Shown: positions 13,398 through 26,525 of the stretch, piece after piece
Layout of the letters: the number at the start of each line of letters is the position of its first letter
Numbering within the stretch: position 1 is the first letter of the stretch
NCBI RefSeq assembly: GCF_006345805.1
Contig: NC_042999.1
Span: 57,598,001-57,662,000 of the forward strand
Reading direction: 5' to 3'
Length of the DNA stretch: 64,000 nucleotides
From: Octopus sinensis
Lineage: Eukaryota
Program-made: the position numbers and the translations under genes
Notes under the pieces: generated by a model
Databases searched by the model: none
What the model was told of the DNA's origin: nothing
What the model saw: the letters and a program-made list of their open reading frames with translations, nothing else

Positions 13398-14667
13398 CTT
13401 GTAATAAATATGAGAAGAAAATATCTCAATCAGATTACAAGCAATGTTATTTGTAACATAGATACAAGGCATCACATTTTAAGGGATGCTTTAGCCAATG
13501 CACTTAATCTTTGATTTGACTTTATTGATATGAGAATGTTGAAATACAAATTTGGTCCCAACAGAAATTGAATGCAGAAGATAGAGACCTGCTAAGACTT
13601 TTTATTTGACACTCACTTGATTCTCTTAATCCACCACCTTACTTGTATGTAGTGTTAACTTCAATTATTTTATTTGAAATATGTAGTAAACTATAAATAT
13701 TGCAAATATACATTCTAAAAATGCAAATTAGAGTTTGGGAGAATTATAATCTTAAAAATCTAATTAGCAGCTGTTTAAATTTTACAATACATATTTGGCT
13801 GTATATGTATATATTTGAAAACTTGGATGACTAAGAGGATAGAGTACTGGATAATCAACTACATGGTTTATGGTTTAAATTATATCGCAAATATGGTTAA
13901 GATAGTTAACTTTCAAAAGACCTTGTCTTCCTTGATATAAGCAGGTACTACAGCCTGCAACTAACTACTCTTAATGGCAACAACACTGTCCAATTTATAA
14001 GTACATTTTCAGCTCATAATAGTGAGTTAAACTTCCTCGTGTATTTACAGAACTGGAGTTTTTCACTTGTTGTGGCCCAACTTGACATTGGTTTTTTTCA
14101 TTTGGCATTAATGTTTTTCACTGGCGTTGAGTAATGGCAAGAAAATTGGCCCAATGTGTTTTGATCTTTTAGCAATATTCTCTTCAAAGAAGGGTTCTAT
14201 TTACTTTACTCCCTAGATAAAGCTGGTCTGCAGGAATAATTGAGTTTTCTCTTTGAAAGGTTTTAAGAGCAATGCATTTCAACTAAAAATGCATATTCTG
14301 TAATGTCTGTGAGAGACTTGACATTAATGGGTTTTTTTCAGTTCAGTAACACTGGACAATTCCAATGTTTATGGATTTGCTGAATTTAAATTTGAATTTG
14401 TAAATATGTTTCATGACATGTTTTATGAAATATATGTAACATTCTACAGGAAACCACGCTTGTGTATCCTCTTGATTCAATAACAATATCTGCTCTGATT
14501 GTAACATTATTCATGAGACAATTTGCAGACTGATTTTATAAAACAAAAGAAAAAAGATGTAGCAGAATTTCAAGCCTGTTGTTTTATTTCTGAAATAGCT
14601 TAAATCTGTTGAATTAATAATTATGATCGCTTTTAATTAATATCAGTGACAATGTTAAAAAACTTAC

Positions 14668-14810
14668 TTCATTATGTTCACCACCATATATTTCATCTGT
14701 GCTCATATGGAAAAATAATTTTATATTCAGCTCTTTAGCAGCATTTATGAGAACATGACTACCATAAACATTTGTCAATGAAAATTCCAGGGGATTTTCA
14801 AATGACAAAT
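14668..14810 (-). CDS. TGDS: TGDS coding exon (D-LSFENPLEFSLTNVYGSHVLINAAKELNIKLFFHMSTDEIYGGEHNE)
   Basis: 143 bp, tttcag|AT...GAA|gtaagt. STDE(I)YG catalytic Thr-Asp-Glu motif of 4,6-dehydratases. Confidence 0.97.
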
Positions 14811-15059
14811 CTGAAAAATGAAAAGAAAAAGGGAAAAGTGCAATAAAACATATTAGGGGTTGTGTTAGTCAGTATCATAAATAAATATTGGAAGTGCATG
14901 AAAGACTGAATGAAGAGTGGGTAGAACAAGCAGCCAAGAAGTCAGTGCTACATATTGATCAAGATGTTTAACTCAAGGAGTTTACCTTACTCTTAGAAAA
15001 TGCCACATGTTGATACTGATCATCACGGTAAGCAAAGGCAGTACTATCAAAAGAATGAT

Positions 15060-15870
15060 TGTTTTGTTAGCTTTTGTTTTTATTGTTGGCATCCTTTTTG
15101 TCTCGGGAGACAATGGAGTTGCGCATAAAATAATCTAGTCCGGCTTTTACATTTCGTGTCCTAATACATCTCCTGCTGTGGCTGAGTATCCTGGACAAAC
15201 ACTCCCTCTGGCAGGTGCCGCAAATGTAGCGAAGACTTTGCCTGACTGGTTGTAATGTCATAGTTTCTTGTTGACGTCTTTTCTTGTCTTTCCATTTGTC
15301 CTCTCTCCCTCTGTCACTCCTTTGTGTTCCCTCTTTTACGGTACGTTGCCAATCTCCATGGTTGCTGGCAACTGCTTCCCAGTTGCTAATATTGATGTCA
15401 CAGGCCTTCATGTCCCTTTTGCAAACATCCTTGTATCGTAAGAACGATCTTCCCACAGACCTAGTGCCCCTAGCAAGCTCTCCATAGAGTATGTCCTTGG
15501 GGATTCTGCCATCTTCCATTCAGCTAACATGTCCAAGCCATCTCATATGTCTTTGTGTGAGGAGTGCAAACATGCTTGGTATTCCTGCTTGCTTGGGGAC
15601 ATCTTTGTTGGAGACATGATTCTGCCATTTGATGCCAAGGAGGCAGCGCAGGTGAAAGATATTTAGGCAACGTTCTTGGCGTGTATATGGCGTCCAAGAC
15701 TCACTTCCATACAGTAGAGTGCGAAGTACACATGCCTAGTAAATTTTCATTTTTGTGGTCTTGGTCAGCTTATTGTTATCCCATGCTCGTTTGGAGAGTT
15801 GGACCATCACAGCAGCTGCCTTGCCAATGCGTATATTACTGTAATCAAATCCCAATATGTGCCTTCTTAT
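15060..15870 (-). mobile_element. RTE-BovB-like LINE 3' fragment
   Basis: MEDGRIPKDILYGELARGTRSVGR...YKDVCKRDMKACDINISNWE (15067-15519), typical of the RTE-BovB C-terminus. Confidence 0.85.
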
Positions 15871-16225
15871 CTTTTATTATCAAGTACACATACACGATTT
15901 AATTTATTATTTTTATTGTATTTTTATAATGTGATTTAACATATTACATACAATTTACTTTGTGAAATAGTTTTGTAAGACAATATATTATTTAATAGTT
16001 GGTTTATTTGTTACGTAGTATTACATTTAAGTAAATAAGTTTAATATTGATTGATATTTTGGTCAATTCTATAAGTGAGTGTAATATTAAATCTATATAT
16101 ACTATATATAAATTAATAATATAGTAAGTTTATATATTTGAACCATTTTATATTTTTAATTCTAATATTCATAGTTTGTACTAGCATTATGTATATAACT
16201 TAACATGAAGTTTTTTTTTAATATA

Positions 16226-16525
16226 CTAGCAGTATCGCCTGGCGTTGCTTGGGTTTGTAAGGGAAATAGCTATATAAGCATTTTTAGAGAGTTACTTCCC
16301 TTATATAAACCGAGCAAAAAATGCATTAAAAATGCGAAAAAATGTTGGTAAATTTTTTTTTAAATCGTAGACTCATCGTAGATGTGTACTAATACCCAGA
16401 AGGGCTCGATATGAATCACGACTATAAGATACCCGCTTTTGGTTAAACTGCAGTGGGAGTAGTTAGGAATCTAAATCGGAGGAGACAGACTCTCACACGC
16501 ACAACTTCAGTTTTATATATAAAGA
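16226..16525 (-). mobile_element. Non-autonomous Helitron
   Basis: Minus strand begins TCTTTATATATAAAA and ends with a cccaagcaacgccaggcg subterminal hairpin plus CTAG, inserted between A and T. Second family member at 42811-43197. Confidence 0.8.
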
Positions 16526-16840
16526 TATTACTTAATTAGAATAAGATTTAACTTAGATGTTTATTAAATAAATAAATTAATTAATAAATAAGTTAATTTA
16601 ATGTATATAGATTAAATTATAGTATTTTAGTTTTCACTTAATGTATATTTTCTAGTAATGATATATTATAGTTTGTTATTCTTTTCTTATATAAGTTAAA
16701 ATTTATTTTCATAGATATAATATTCATACCTATTTATTCTAGTTTTATTTACACCAGAATATATTTGTTAAGTTATTTTGTGTTTTACAAGATTATATAC
16801 GTATATTTATTTATTTAATTATTTTATTGTTTTTATCTTG

Positions 16841-16923
16841 GACATGAAGTGTGGGTATATTTAAATTGAATTGATTTTACTTTTATCAGTTTTTAAATAT
16901 AGCCACGAAACACGTGTAGTCAT
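16841..16923 (+). ncRNA. Decayed type I hammerhead-like motif in an extremely AT-rich block
   Basis: gac-ATGAAGT-[GTGGGTATATTTAAA / TTTAAATATAGCCAC, 14 of 15 bp]-GAAA-CACGTGT-A-gtc. Stems II and III fit; the core has two substitutions versus CUGANGA. Confidence 0.5.
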
Positions 16924-17155
16924 TTTACAAATTATATACTTTTTATTTATTATTTTGTATATTACTTAATCATTGGTATATGTTTTTATCTTATATTTAA
17001 TTTTTTTTCTATATGGTACAATTTAATTATTTCATTGTTGAATTGATAAAAGGTGGGTTTTTTTCTAATTTATATACATATATTATATTTTGTGAAATTT
17101 GATTTAGTTTTACTAAATTGAATTTTTCCCTGTAAGTTTGGAATAATATTCCCTA

Positions 17156-17156
<1 letters not shown>

Positions 17157-17250
<94 letters not shown>
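17157..17250. repeat. (TAA)n followed by (TA)n microsatellite
   Basis: Direct reading. Confidence 0.95.
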
Positions 17251-17254
<4 letters not shown>

Positions 17255-17504
17255 TATAAGTATTTATGGGGATTTCTGGACAAATTACAATGTAGCTATT
17301 TGTATTTATATCTATATTATTTTATGCAAATGCTTACATACATATATATACACACACACACACGCACACATACATACTTAAAAATACATAAGCAATCATG
17401 TATATACAAACTTGTATATATAACTACTCAAATCACAACCTATATGTATACACATATCCTTAATTATATTTATACATATACAAATATATACACACCCATA
17501 TATA

Positions 17505-17722
17505 CAAAGAGGGTGCTGAAAAGTTCCTGGCTTTAAGGATATCATGAAAAGCTTGTCTGGATGCTCAAACTTCCGAGTTCTTTTACATTACTTAGAAAAA
17601 CTGAGGGACCACTGCAATAAGTGTGTGAATCTAAGAGGGGAATAAGTTGAATAAAATCATAATTAATTGATCCTCCTGTATTTTCTTTTACACAAAGCCA
17701 GGACCATTTCAGCACATCCATT
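17505..17722. mobile_element. Mariner-type MITE
   Basis: TIRs gagggtgctgaaaagttcctggcttt / aaagccaggaccatttcagcacatcc. Internal remnant EKLRDHCNKCVNLRGE*VE* resembles a mariner C-terminus. Confidence 0.75.
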
Positions 17723-18043
17723 GGTATGTGGTAAGAAGCTTGCTTCTCAACCACATGGATCTGGGTTCAGTCCCACTGTGTGGAATCTTGGGCAAGTGTC
17801 TTCTACTATAGCCTCAGGCCAACCAAAGCCTTGTGAATGGATTTGGTAGATGGAAACTGAAAGAAGACTGTCATGTGTGTGTGTGTGTGTGTGTGTATGT
17901 ATATACGTATATGTATCTATGTGTGTGGTTGTGTCAGTGTTTGTCTCCCCACCATCACTTGACAACCAATGCTGGTGTTTACGTCCCCGTAACTTAGTGG
18001 TTCAGCAAGAGACCATAGAATAAGTACCGGGCTTACAAAGAAT
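17722..18043 (+). mobile_element. Composite tRNA-derived SINE (gtgtggtaag...gggttcagtcccactg head, microsatellite, conserved tail), truncated
   Basis: Homologous to 26130-26525 and 54925-55345. Confidence 0.8.
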
Positions 18044-18851
18044 TTGTAACATTTAATTGTAAGGTTACTTGTAAAGTTTAATCATAAAAGTTTAATTGTA
18101 AAGGTATTCACGGTTCGTCTCGCAGCGGGGGCGAGACAGCCGTTTCATTTGCATCATATTTATGTTCGTTTCATTTATCATTTTTCATTTGTCTTTATGT
18201 CCCTGCATGTCAGCTGTATGTTCCCTCTGTATTCAGGCCTTGTGCCTATAATAAAGAGAAACCAGTTGAAGGGTCTTGTCTTACATGTTACTTGGTGACC
18301 TTACTGGTGCTGGTGCTGGTGTCACATAAAAAGTACTCAGTACAATGCGTGAGGTCATTGATTTTAAGAAAGGGCAGCCAAGGCAGGCATGTGAGCTTGA
18401 TGCAGTCCTCTGGTTCATTGGTTGTTGTCAAACCATCTAGCCAATATCAGCATGGAAATGGTAAAGACCCTCTTCAGTCATGAATGACCATGGGATTGCA
18501 CCTAGAAAATTCCCCTTCAAAGTATAAGACTGGGCAAATTTTTTTATGGAAAGCCAGCAGTCACCCATGCATACCAGCCTCCCATCTCCACGCCACTGAT
18601 GTTATCCATGGGAAAGGCAAAGGGGCCGATATAGCTTGGCACCTGTGACATCGCAACTCATTTCTACAGCTGAGTGAACTGGAGCAACATGAAATAAAGT
18701 ATCTTGTTCAAGAACACAACACACAGCCTGGTCCAAGAATCGAACTCACTACTTCATGATTGTGAGCCACTGAGTCATGCAACATGGAAAATGTATATAA
18801 AAAACAATGATGTTGATAGCAAGTTGTATTTTATAAGATATATCCACTTAC

Positions 18852-18942
18852 CGACATGCGATTCAGCAGCAAGATGGAGGATAGTGTCAATGTTGTTTTT
18901 TTTAAGTGCATTGTATACAGTTTGAGGATCACAAATATCTCC
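18852..18942 (-). CDS. TGDS: TGDS coding exon (GDICDPQTVYNALKKNNIDTILHLAAESHV-D)
   Basis: 91 bp, tttcag|GGA...GTC G|gtaagt. GDI and HLAAESHVD motifs. Confidence 0.97.
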
Positions 18943-19897
18943 CTGAAACAAAGCAATAAGAAATCAAAATTTTAGTTATAACATCAGTATTTTGACTGAG
19001 TATATGGGTGAGGAGAACAAATGGCTTACATGCTTACAATCAAAGTTAACAACACCACTTTCAATTTCACTTCTTCACTTTAAGATTAAAATCTTGAACT
19101 GTAAGATTCTTCTCTCCTCATGGCAACTGCACTTATTTTTTTATCACTTAGTCAGGAAGAATTCCCAAGACCTTTTCCCAGACCTTATTATACAGAAATA
19201 GCATTACACTGTATAACAAGACTGGGCATTTGACTTGCTGGGAGAATCCATCTCAATGACTTCATACTCTCCATTCACTCAGTTTCACTCTTTTTTTTTA
19301 TCTCTTAGTCATGAGGGAAGAGCAGTTCCCATGACCCTTCATAAAACCCCCAAGACCAAAGGAAGGAAAAGAAAGATGTATATCATGAAACTAGAACCTT
19401 AGCCTGAATGCTTGCAACAGAATGGACCCCACTAAAGAGTCTCAAGGATTAAGTGATGGTGTTAAACTGGGTGATGGATTATGTCAACCACATGAATAGG
19501 CCACAGCAGAATTTGAACAGAACAATGCAAACAGCCAGAACAAACATTGCAAAGCAGCTCATCTGGCACTAATGACTCTGCTGGTTCATGCTTCATTGAC
19601 ACTGGAAGATGCAAAGCAAGGCTGACTTTCGTAGAATTTGATCTCAGAACTCAAATAAATGTCAAGGCGTTTAAGCCAACACACTAATGTTTCTTCTATA
19701 TCATTGTCATTAAGCTCTTCTTTGAAATTCACTATAGATTAACAGTTGGTGTTTAGTCTACCTAACTGTAGGTAGGTACTGTGTGTGTGTGCGTGTGCGT
19801 GCATGCGTATGTGTGTGTGCGTGCATACGTGTGTGTGTGTGGTAGAAGATGGAGTAACTTATTTTGTGTAAGTTCAATTATTCATGGCATCACTTAC

Positions 19898-19966
19898 CTC
19901 AATAAATTTGTAGTTGGGTTTTGTGCGAAGATGCTCAAGAGGTTTCAATGAAGAACAGTAATTCAA
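19898..19966 (-). CDS. TGDS: TGDS coding exon (LNYCSSLKPLEHLRTKPNYKFIE)
   Basis: 69 bp, ttgcag|TTG...GAG|gtaagt. Aligns to TGDS LDYCASLKNL...NYKFIQ. Confidence 0.95.
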
Positions 19967-20020
19967 CTGCAAAAAGAAAAAAAATTTAATATATCTATCT
20001 ATCTATCTATACATACATAC

Positions 20021-20055
<35 letters not shown>

Positions 20056-20574
20056 AATATAAGTATATATATTTATATATATAAAGTACACACACACACA
20101 CATAGATACTGGTTGAGCTGAGTATTCCGTTGTTGCAGGGTACATTTCACAATAGAATGCCATAGCAGATTTTCGGAATAGCACACCTGCATAAGTAGGA
20201 TTTTCTCCATTTTGATAGGGATTTTTCAAATTTGTTTTTCACCACAACATTGCAAATGAGGTGGTGGGTAAGCTTTTTATTAAAAAAAAGTTTGGAGAAA
20301 TTTATATAATCGTCTTTTTAACCCTCCTTTTCCAGACACCAATTTGGTTCAATTTGTTTTTGCACTATTCACTTAAAAACAATGGGGGACACTTTCTTTG
20401 TTAAAAAAAAAAAAGACATTTTTGAAAATTTCTGAATTTTGTCAAACACCATTCCTCAAATCTGTACTGATTTTGGCCTTTTTTTTTTTTCAGCACTACG
20501 CACTTTAAATTTTTTTTTAATTGTAGTTTTAAAATATGGACAGTCCAAATTTGCAATTTATTTTCAATATCTAT

Positions 20575-21917
20575 AAATCTGAAATGCGAAAAGTTTGGTT
20601 TTGGCATTGGAACAGGTTAAAGGGCACTAGATCCTGTCAGATTGACTCCAAAATTTACAGGGACATGTAAAATGAGTTGAGGATGTGAGTGGTCCCTATC
20701 TTAAAAGGTGTGGTTACTAGGGCAAAAAACGCACACTTTGATAAGTCTATTCTCATTCTCTTATCTGCCTGTCTTCCTCCATTTCTCTTTCCTCCCTTCC
20801 TTTCACTTTCTCTCTATAACGTCGTTTGACAGCGTCTACTATCTTTCCCCCACCACCTTCGCCAGTGTTGTCACTATTTCTCCTCCCCCCTCTCTCTCTT
20901 TACGTCTGTCTGCATTCATAGACAGAATTATCATCGCCACTACCACCTCACAATCATGAGAACAAATATTATGAATCAGATATTTATTGGGTTAATTTAT
21001 ATATGTGTGTGTGTGTGTTCCATATATAACTATGTATATATACAAAGTGTATATATCTGTATTTATATATATATACATATATATATATATAATTTGTATA
21101 CATTTGTATATATGATGCATACACACACACATATATATAATGCGTATATATGTACTTATATATATATATATATATATAAAATGTATGCATTATGTGGTCG
21201 GTTGAGCTGAAAATATGCACACCTATGTTAAAAGTGCTGGCGAGTTTGCATGGCAACTATTTTTTTCCTCAAATGAAAGGTGTCACCTCTAGGACAAAAT
21301 TCCTCATCTTATAAAATGTGGCCCGATTAGACCCGAATGAAATCGGGTTATATTAACCAAAGTGTGAAAAGGGGTCTAAATGGGGCTGGAAGGGGATTAA
21401 AATTTACAGGAGCGGGTGTTTAGGAATTCTCTTTTACATCAAGCTAAAAAATTTGCGCCAGCCTTGAAATCGTCAATGTGTTGCCGTCCATGATGAAGAA
21501 GTTTTGAATGCTTGCCATGGTGAGTCTACTGTCGTGAGAAAGAATCACTTCAAAACTTGTTGTTTACGAATTTTCTTTTACATCAAGTTCAAAATTTTAT
21601 GCCAGCCGTTAAACTGCCACTACGTTGCTGTCCGTCGTTAAGAAATGCCAGCCATGGTGACTCTACTATCCTCAGATTCTAGCCCTTCAAACTTTGGTTT
21701 CCAATATTTTTTAATTTTTATTCAGCTCGCAAGTTCGTCTGTCCCTTTTAAATGTTAGTATTTTGCTGTCTGCTTTGAAGCAGACCTTTCCGTTGTCACT
21801 GCCTGATATTTATGATTGATCTTTCAAAATATTTCTTTCTCAACTTACTCAAGATCTTTTATTATTTATAAATGGGAGACAGATAGATAAAGATAGAGAG
21901 TAAGAGAAAGCATTATT

Positions 21918-21954
<37 letters not shown>

Positions 21955-22720
21955 GTGTGCGTGTGTGTACGCATTATATATATAAATGTATACAAATTGT
22001 ATATATATATATATAAATACAGATATATACACTTTGTATATATACAATATATATACATATTTATATATAGAACACACACACATATATAAATTAACCCAAT
22101 AAATATCTGATTCATAATATATATTTGTTCTCATGATTGTGTGGTGGTGGTGGTGGCGATGATAATTCTCTCTATGAATGCAGACAGACAGAGAGAGAGA
22201 GTGTGTGACAGCGCTGGTGAAGGCGGCGGGGGAAAGATAGTAAACTTTTCCTCGCTTTCTCTTACTCTCTATCTATCTCTCTCCCATTTATAAACAACAA
22301 AAGATCGTAAGTTGAGAAAGAAAATATTTTTATGCTTTTTAAACCCTTCGTCGTTATTCTCATTCACTCATTATTACTTTCTCCCTTCCTTTCAATTTCT
22401 CTCTATAACGTTATAGAGAGAAAGTGAAAGGAAGGGATGTAGGACGCTGTTAATCGACGTTATAGAGAGAAAGTGATGGGAAGGGAGGAAAGAGAGTGAG
22501 TTATGGAGGAAGACAGATACATAAAAGAATGAGAGTAGACTTGTCAAAGTGCGTTTTTGGCCCTAGCAACGACACCTTTTAAGATGGAGATTTCTAGCCC
22601 ACTCGCATCCTCACCTCATTTTACATGTCCCTGTAAATTTTGGAGTCAATTCGACGGGATCTAGTGGCCTTTAACCTGTTCTCAATGCCAAAACCAGACA
22701 AACAAACTTTTCGCATTTCA
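20575..22720. mobile_element. Foldback-type non-autonomous DNA element with ~550-bp imperfect inverted arms
   Basis: 20575-21130 is the reverse complement of ~21955-22720 (for example tctgaaatgcgaaaagtttg...aacaggttaaagggcactagatcc versus ggatctagtggcctttaacctgtt...aaacttttcgcatttcaga). The right arm carries an extra internal duplication. Confidence 0.8.
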
Positions 22721-22959
22721 GAATTATAATATAGAGATATACACAGCTGCATTATCTCTGAGTAATGGCAATGTCATAAATCAAAATTGGCTATTGCAGT
22801 CTGGGTATGTTGCTATTCTGCAAGTGGCAGGCTTTTATCAACTGCACTGAGTCTGGTTGGGTTTTAGTGTCTTCAAAATTGATAATATTCTTAAGGGTGT
22901 GAACATAATTATTTTCCAAGGAATTGGATTCCCTTTTCTTGGATTATTGGAATTAAACA

Positions 22960-23350
22960 CTGAAGATGCCATTTGTCAGCTTTCCTTTGAGGATATTCAG
23001 GCTCCAAGATTTTACTGAATAGAACTTCAAACATGACCATGTGGCCATCTTTTCTAGCACACTCAATATCCACTAAACCCCTTCAGATGTTGGTGTTATA
23101 ACTGTTATGACATCCATGACTAGATTTCCTGTGATCCATCAGTTTTGGGACTTTTCAACTGCTTCCCTCCATCTCCAGCAGTAGGTTCATGGCCACCACA
23201 AAGAGCATCATGGACATTGTGCACCTTGCTTTAATGCCTTTTCCCAGTTTCGGCCATTTAGTAGTGAAATTTTCCACAGTTAACTTCATCCTCATTGAAT
23301 CCATGTGGGACACTATTGAGCCCAACTACTTTTGTTGGTACTTGGTGGTA
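22960..23350 (-). mobile_element. HERO/NeSL-like non-LTR RT fragment
   Basis: Minus-strand translation MKLTVENFTTKWPKLGKGIKARCTMSMMLFVVAMNLLL resembles the FTT.W..LEKGI..GC..S..LF RT segment of HERO-like elements; heavily decayed. Confidence 0.5.
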
Positions 23351-23479
23351 CTCCAGTGCACTTTGGAGTAGCTGATAGGGCACATTTGTGTATGTTTTAG
23401 CAGACAAGGAGTTATTCATCTAGACTAACTCTCTTCTGAATTAGTTGAGCTATGACTCTCTCTCTAACTTTTATTACCT

Positions 23480-24320
23480 GGTCCAACAATTTGATACCTC
23501 TGTAATTATTTCTGTCTAAGGTGTCACCTTTACCTTTGTTACACTTGACTATAGTGCTACTACACCAGTCATTGGGTAAAACTCCTTCATAGATGTGATT
23601 AACTATACGGGTGATTAGACCACATCCAAATCTATCAGATATTTTGAGTATATCAGTGGTGATTCCTGATGGATTAGGGACTTTCTCTTCATCATAACCT
23701 TATTAGCTTTACCTACCAAGCTACAGTCTATTCAGATAGCTGGTCCCTCTGTTTGGTCCATATTAAGCAGATTCGCCTTCTCCCATGTGTTTTTTACATT
23801 TGGCAGCCTTTCATAGTGGCACTTCAAAGCCTCTTTCTTTGTAGAGTCATTGAACCATCATCCATGCAAACACACTTCTCTCCTACAACATCACAATTTT
23901 TCCTGACATACTGTCTTGCAAACCAAAACACCTCAAGCTGTGTGTCCTCACACCTCAGAACATTGGCAAACTTCTTCCTCTCAACTTCTCTCCGGGCTAA
24001 GTATACCTACCTCCTAGCTTTCCTTCTAGCTATCTGATATAGCTCTTTGTCACAGCCATCTTTCCAGTCCTTCCTAGCCTGTTTCTTTGCTCTAATAACC
24101 CTATCAACTACACTGTTCCACCACCATGTCACCCTAGGTCTGGTTGGGGCTTTGCTCCAGCCACAAATTTGGTCTGTGACTCTCAGTAAGTTGTCTTGAA
24201 GGTACTTCCAGTTAACCCTTATGTTACATGGCTGTAACTCCACCACCTTCTCATTAAACACTTTAGTTAGGATGTCTCTAAATCTTTGATTATCCAATCT
24301 GACTAGCTTGCCCACCAAAT
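23480..24320 (-). mobile_element. RTE LINE internal fragment (same family as 1-3430)
   Basis: PTRPRVTWWWNSVVDRVIRAKKQARKDWK ORF (24007-24318) and similarity to 1600-2420. Confidence 0.85.
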
Positions 24321-24447
24321 TGATAGGTTATCAGGTGACTGGCAGCCTCCTGAAGTTATACATACATATATGTTTAGAAAAATCAAAGAAATATACAAGA
24401 AAAGAATTTAAGTTTTTCCTAATGAAATAGAAGAAAATGTTTCTTAC

Positions 24448-24514
24448 TTTATCGTAATTAACAATGTAGTATTCTGGATATTTCTCCACAAGATGGATCA
24501 CAAGATTACTACCA
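24448..24514 (-). CDS. TGDS: TGDS coding exon (V-GSNLVIHLVEKYPEYYIVNYDK)
   Basis: 67 bp, ctgtag|T GGT...AAA|gtaaga. Phase fits the preceding TGGAGF-GT exon. Confidence 0.96.
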
Positions 24515-24949
24515 CTACAGAAATAAAACAAAATATTAATAATAGTTTCAAATTTAGGTATAAGATCAGCAATTTTAGGTAGAGGAATTTAGTTGATTAC
24601 ATCAACTGATCCTTTTTTAACTAAAAAATTAAAGAGGCAGAAGAAATGACACTAAGCGCTTGGTTGACAGGTGATAGAGACAATACAAAGACAGACCTAA
24701 AGTGTGGAGATTTATGTTAAGTAGAATGATTTGAAAAAAAAAAAAAATGTAAGTAAACATGGTATACAAACATGTTGATGACAAAACAGCCCTTCTGATA
24801 CAGGAGGATCTCTATTTGGGGCCACACCAGGAACTGCACAAATCCAAAATCAACCTGATTACTAAGGGTAGGTACCCTCTCCAACAGTCATTCTCTGACC
24901 TACAGGTGTAATTTTAGAGTGGTTCAATCCACTCTTGCCATTTCTTATT

Positions 24950-25150
24950 TCTTTATTGACCACAAGGGGCTAAACATAAAGGGGACAAACAAGGACAGAC
25001 AAAGGGATTAAGTCGATTACATCGACCCCAGCACGTAACTGGTACTTAATTTATTGACCCCGAAAGGATGAAAGGCAAAATTGACCTTGGCAGAATTTGA
25101 ACTCAGAACATAACAACAGTGTGCTAACGTTTCTGCCTGCTCGTAGCCTT
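24950..25150 (-). mobile_element. tRNA-derived SINE copy
   Basis: Same family as 5550-5780. Confidence 0.8.
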
Positions 25151-26129
25151 TTCTGCCTCTCTCACTCTGGCCATTTCTGTTACTCTCATCCGACCTTCAA
25201 AACTCACTCATGGATAGCTACTCTCTCTCTCTCTGTGCTCACATTCCTTTTTAAGTGAAACTGGAAAAAGTTGATAAGAGCTTAACCAAAGACAAAAGTG
25301 TTTGTTCTTAGCCCTCTTAAAACTTGTCCACCACACAACATTTTTGACAACAGCTACCACACAGAAGACTGCCTTCCCTGCCCAGTTAATGCTGGGCAGT
25401 GGGTCAATCTTCAGAAAGGACTTGGCTGACAGCTGGATTTATCCTACACACAGCAGCAGCTGTTCAATGTAATTCCACAAGTCAGACACTGAATAAATGT
25501 GTATAGAATGGTTTCATCACTCTCAGATAGGTTCATCTGATGATACTTTTCTGCTTGCAGAGTTTATCTCAAGCTAGTAGCACTACCAGGTGAGAGACTT
25601 CTGGAAGTTATCCACAGGAATCTCTGATCAGAAAGTATTCTGAAACAAAGACAAGTTCGTTCATGACACTCAGTTTCCTTGAAAATATCATCACTCTTCC
25701 CTTCTACTAAACTTCTGTAAATAGCTAAAGTGGAACCACCACTGATCCTATTGTCTAGCTGATATAGGTTGGTAAGTGTCTGACAACACTCAATGTATAA
25801 CCATCTTTATCTTCATACAAATTTAGGATATGAGATTGATCAATAGTTGATAGGATAAGAGAAGCTAATTCTTTTGAAAGCAAAATAGTTACATGTTGCC
25901 ACATTTCAAGCGAGTACATCCCAGTTGAATTCATAGAATAAAAAAGTTTAAAACTGAAGTATTTTCCAGCTATGACACTTTAATCTAGTTTACTCTCTTA
26001 GATTTTCCAGCCAATGCCATTTTATCGGTATGTGATCTATTGTTTTAAAAATATTGTACTGCTTCACAGTGACAATATTGTGATACCATACTTTCTTAGT
26101 ACTGTTGATTCAAGCTAATAATATATACA

Positions 26130-26525
26130 GACAGGAGTGGCTGTGTGGTAAGTAGCTTGCTTACCAACCACATGGTTCCGGGTTCAGTCCCACTGCATGG
26201 CACCTTGGGCAAGTGTCTTCTGCTATAGCCTCGGGCCAACCAATGCCTTGTGAGTGGATTTGGTAGACGGAAACTGAAAGAAGCCTGTCGTATATATGTA
26301 TATATATATATATGTTTGTGTGTCTGTGTTTGTCCCCCTAGCATGGCTTGACAACCGATGCTGGTGCGTTTACGTCCCCGTCACTTAGCAGTTTGGCAAA
26401 AGAGACCGATAGAATAAGTACTGGGCTTACAAAGAATAAGTCCGGGGATCGATTTTCTCGACTAAAGGCCGTGCTCCAGCATGGCCGCAGTCAAATGACT
26501 GAAACAAGTAAAAGAGTAAAGACTA
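26130..26525 (+). mobile_element. Composite tRNA-derived SINE, full length
   Basis: ggagtggctgtgtggtaag A-box region, ggttccgggttcagtccc B-box region, (TA)n linker, tail ending gaaacaagtaaaagagtaaa. Near-identical inverted copy at 54925-55345. Confidence 0.85.

Noticed and set aside
25355-25415. Minus-strand CTGAAGA followed by an 8-bp hairpin CTGCCCAG/CTGGGCAG
   Set aside because: The hairpin is not adjacent to the core and there is no GAAA or stem III; not a hammerhead.
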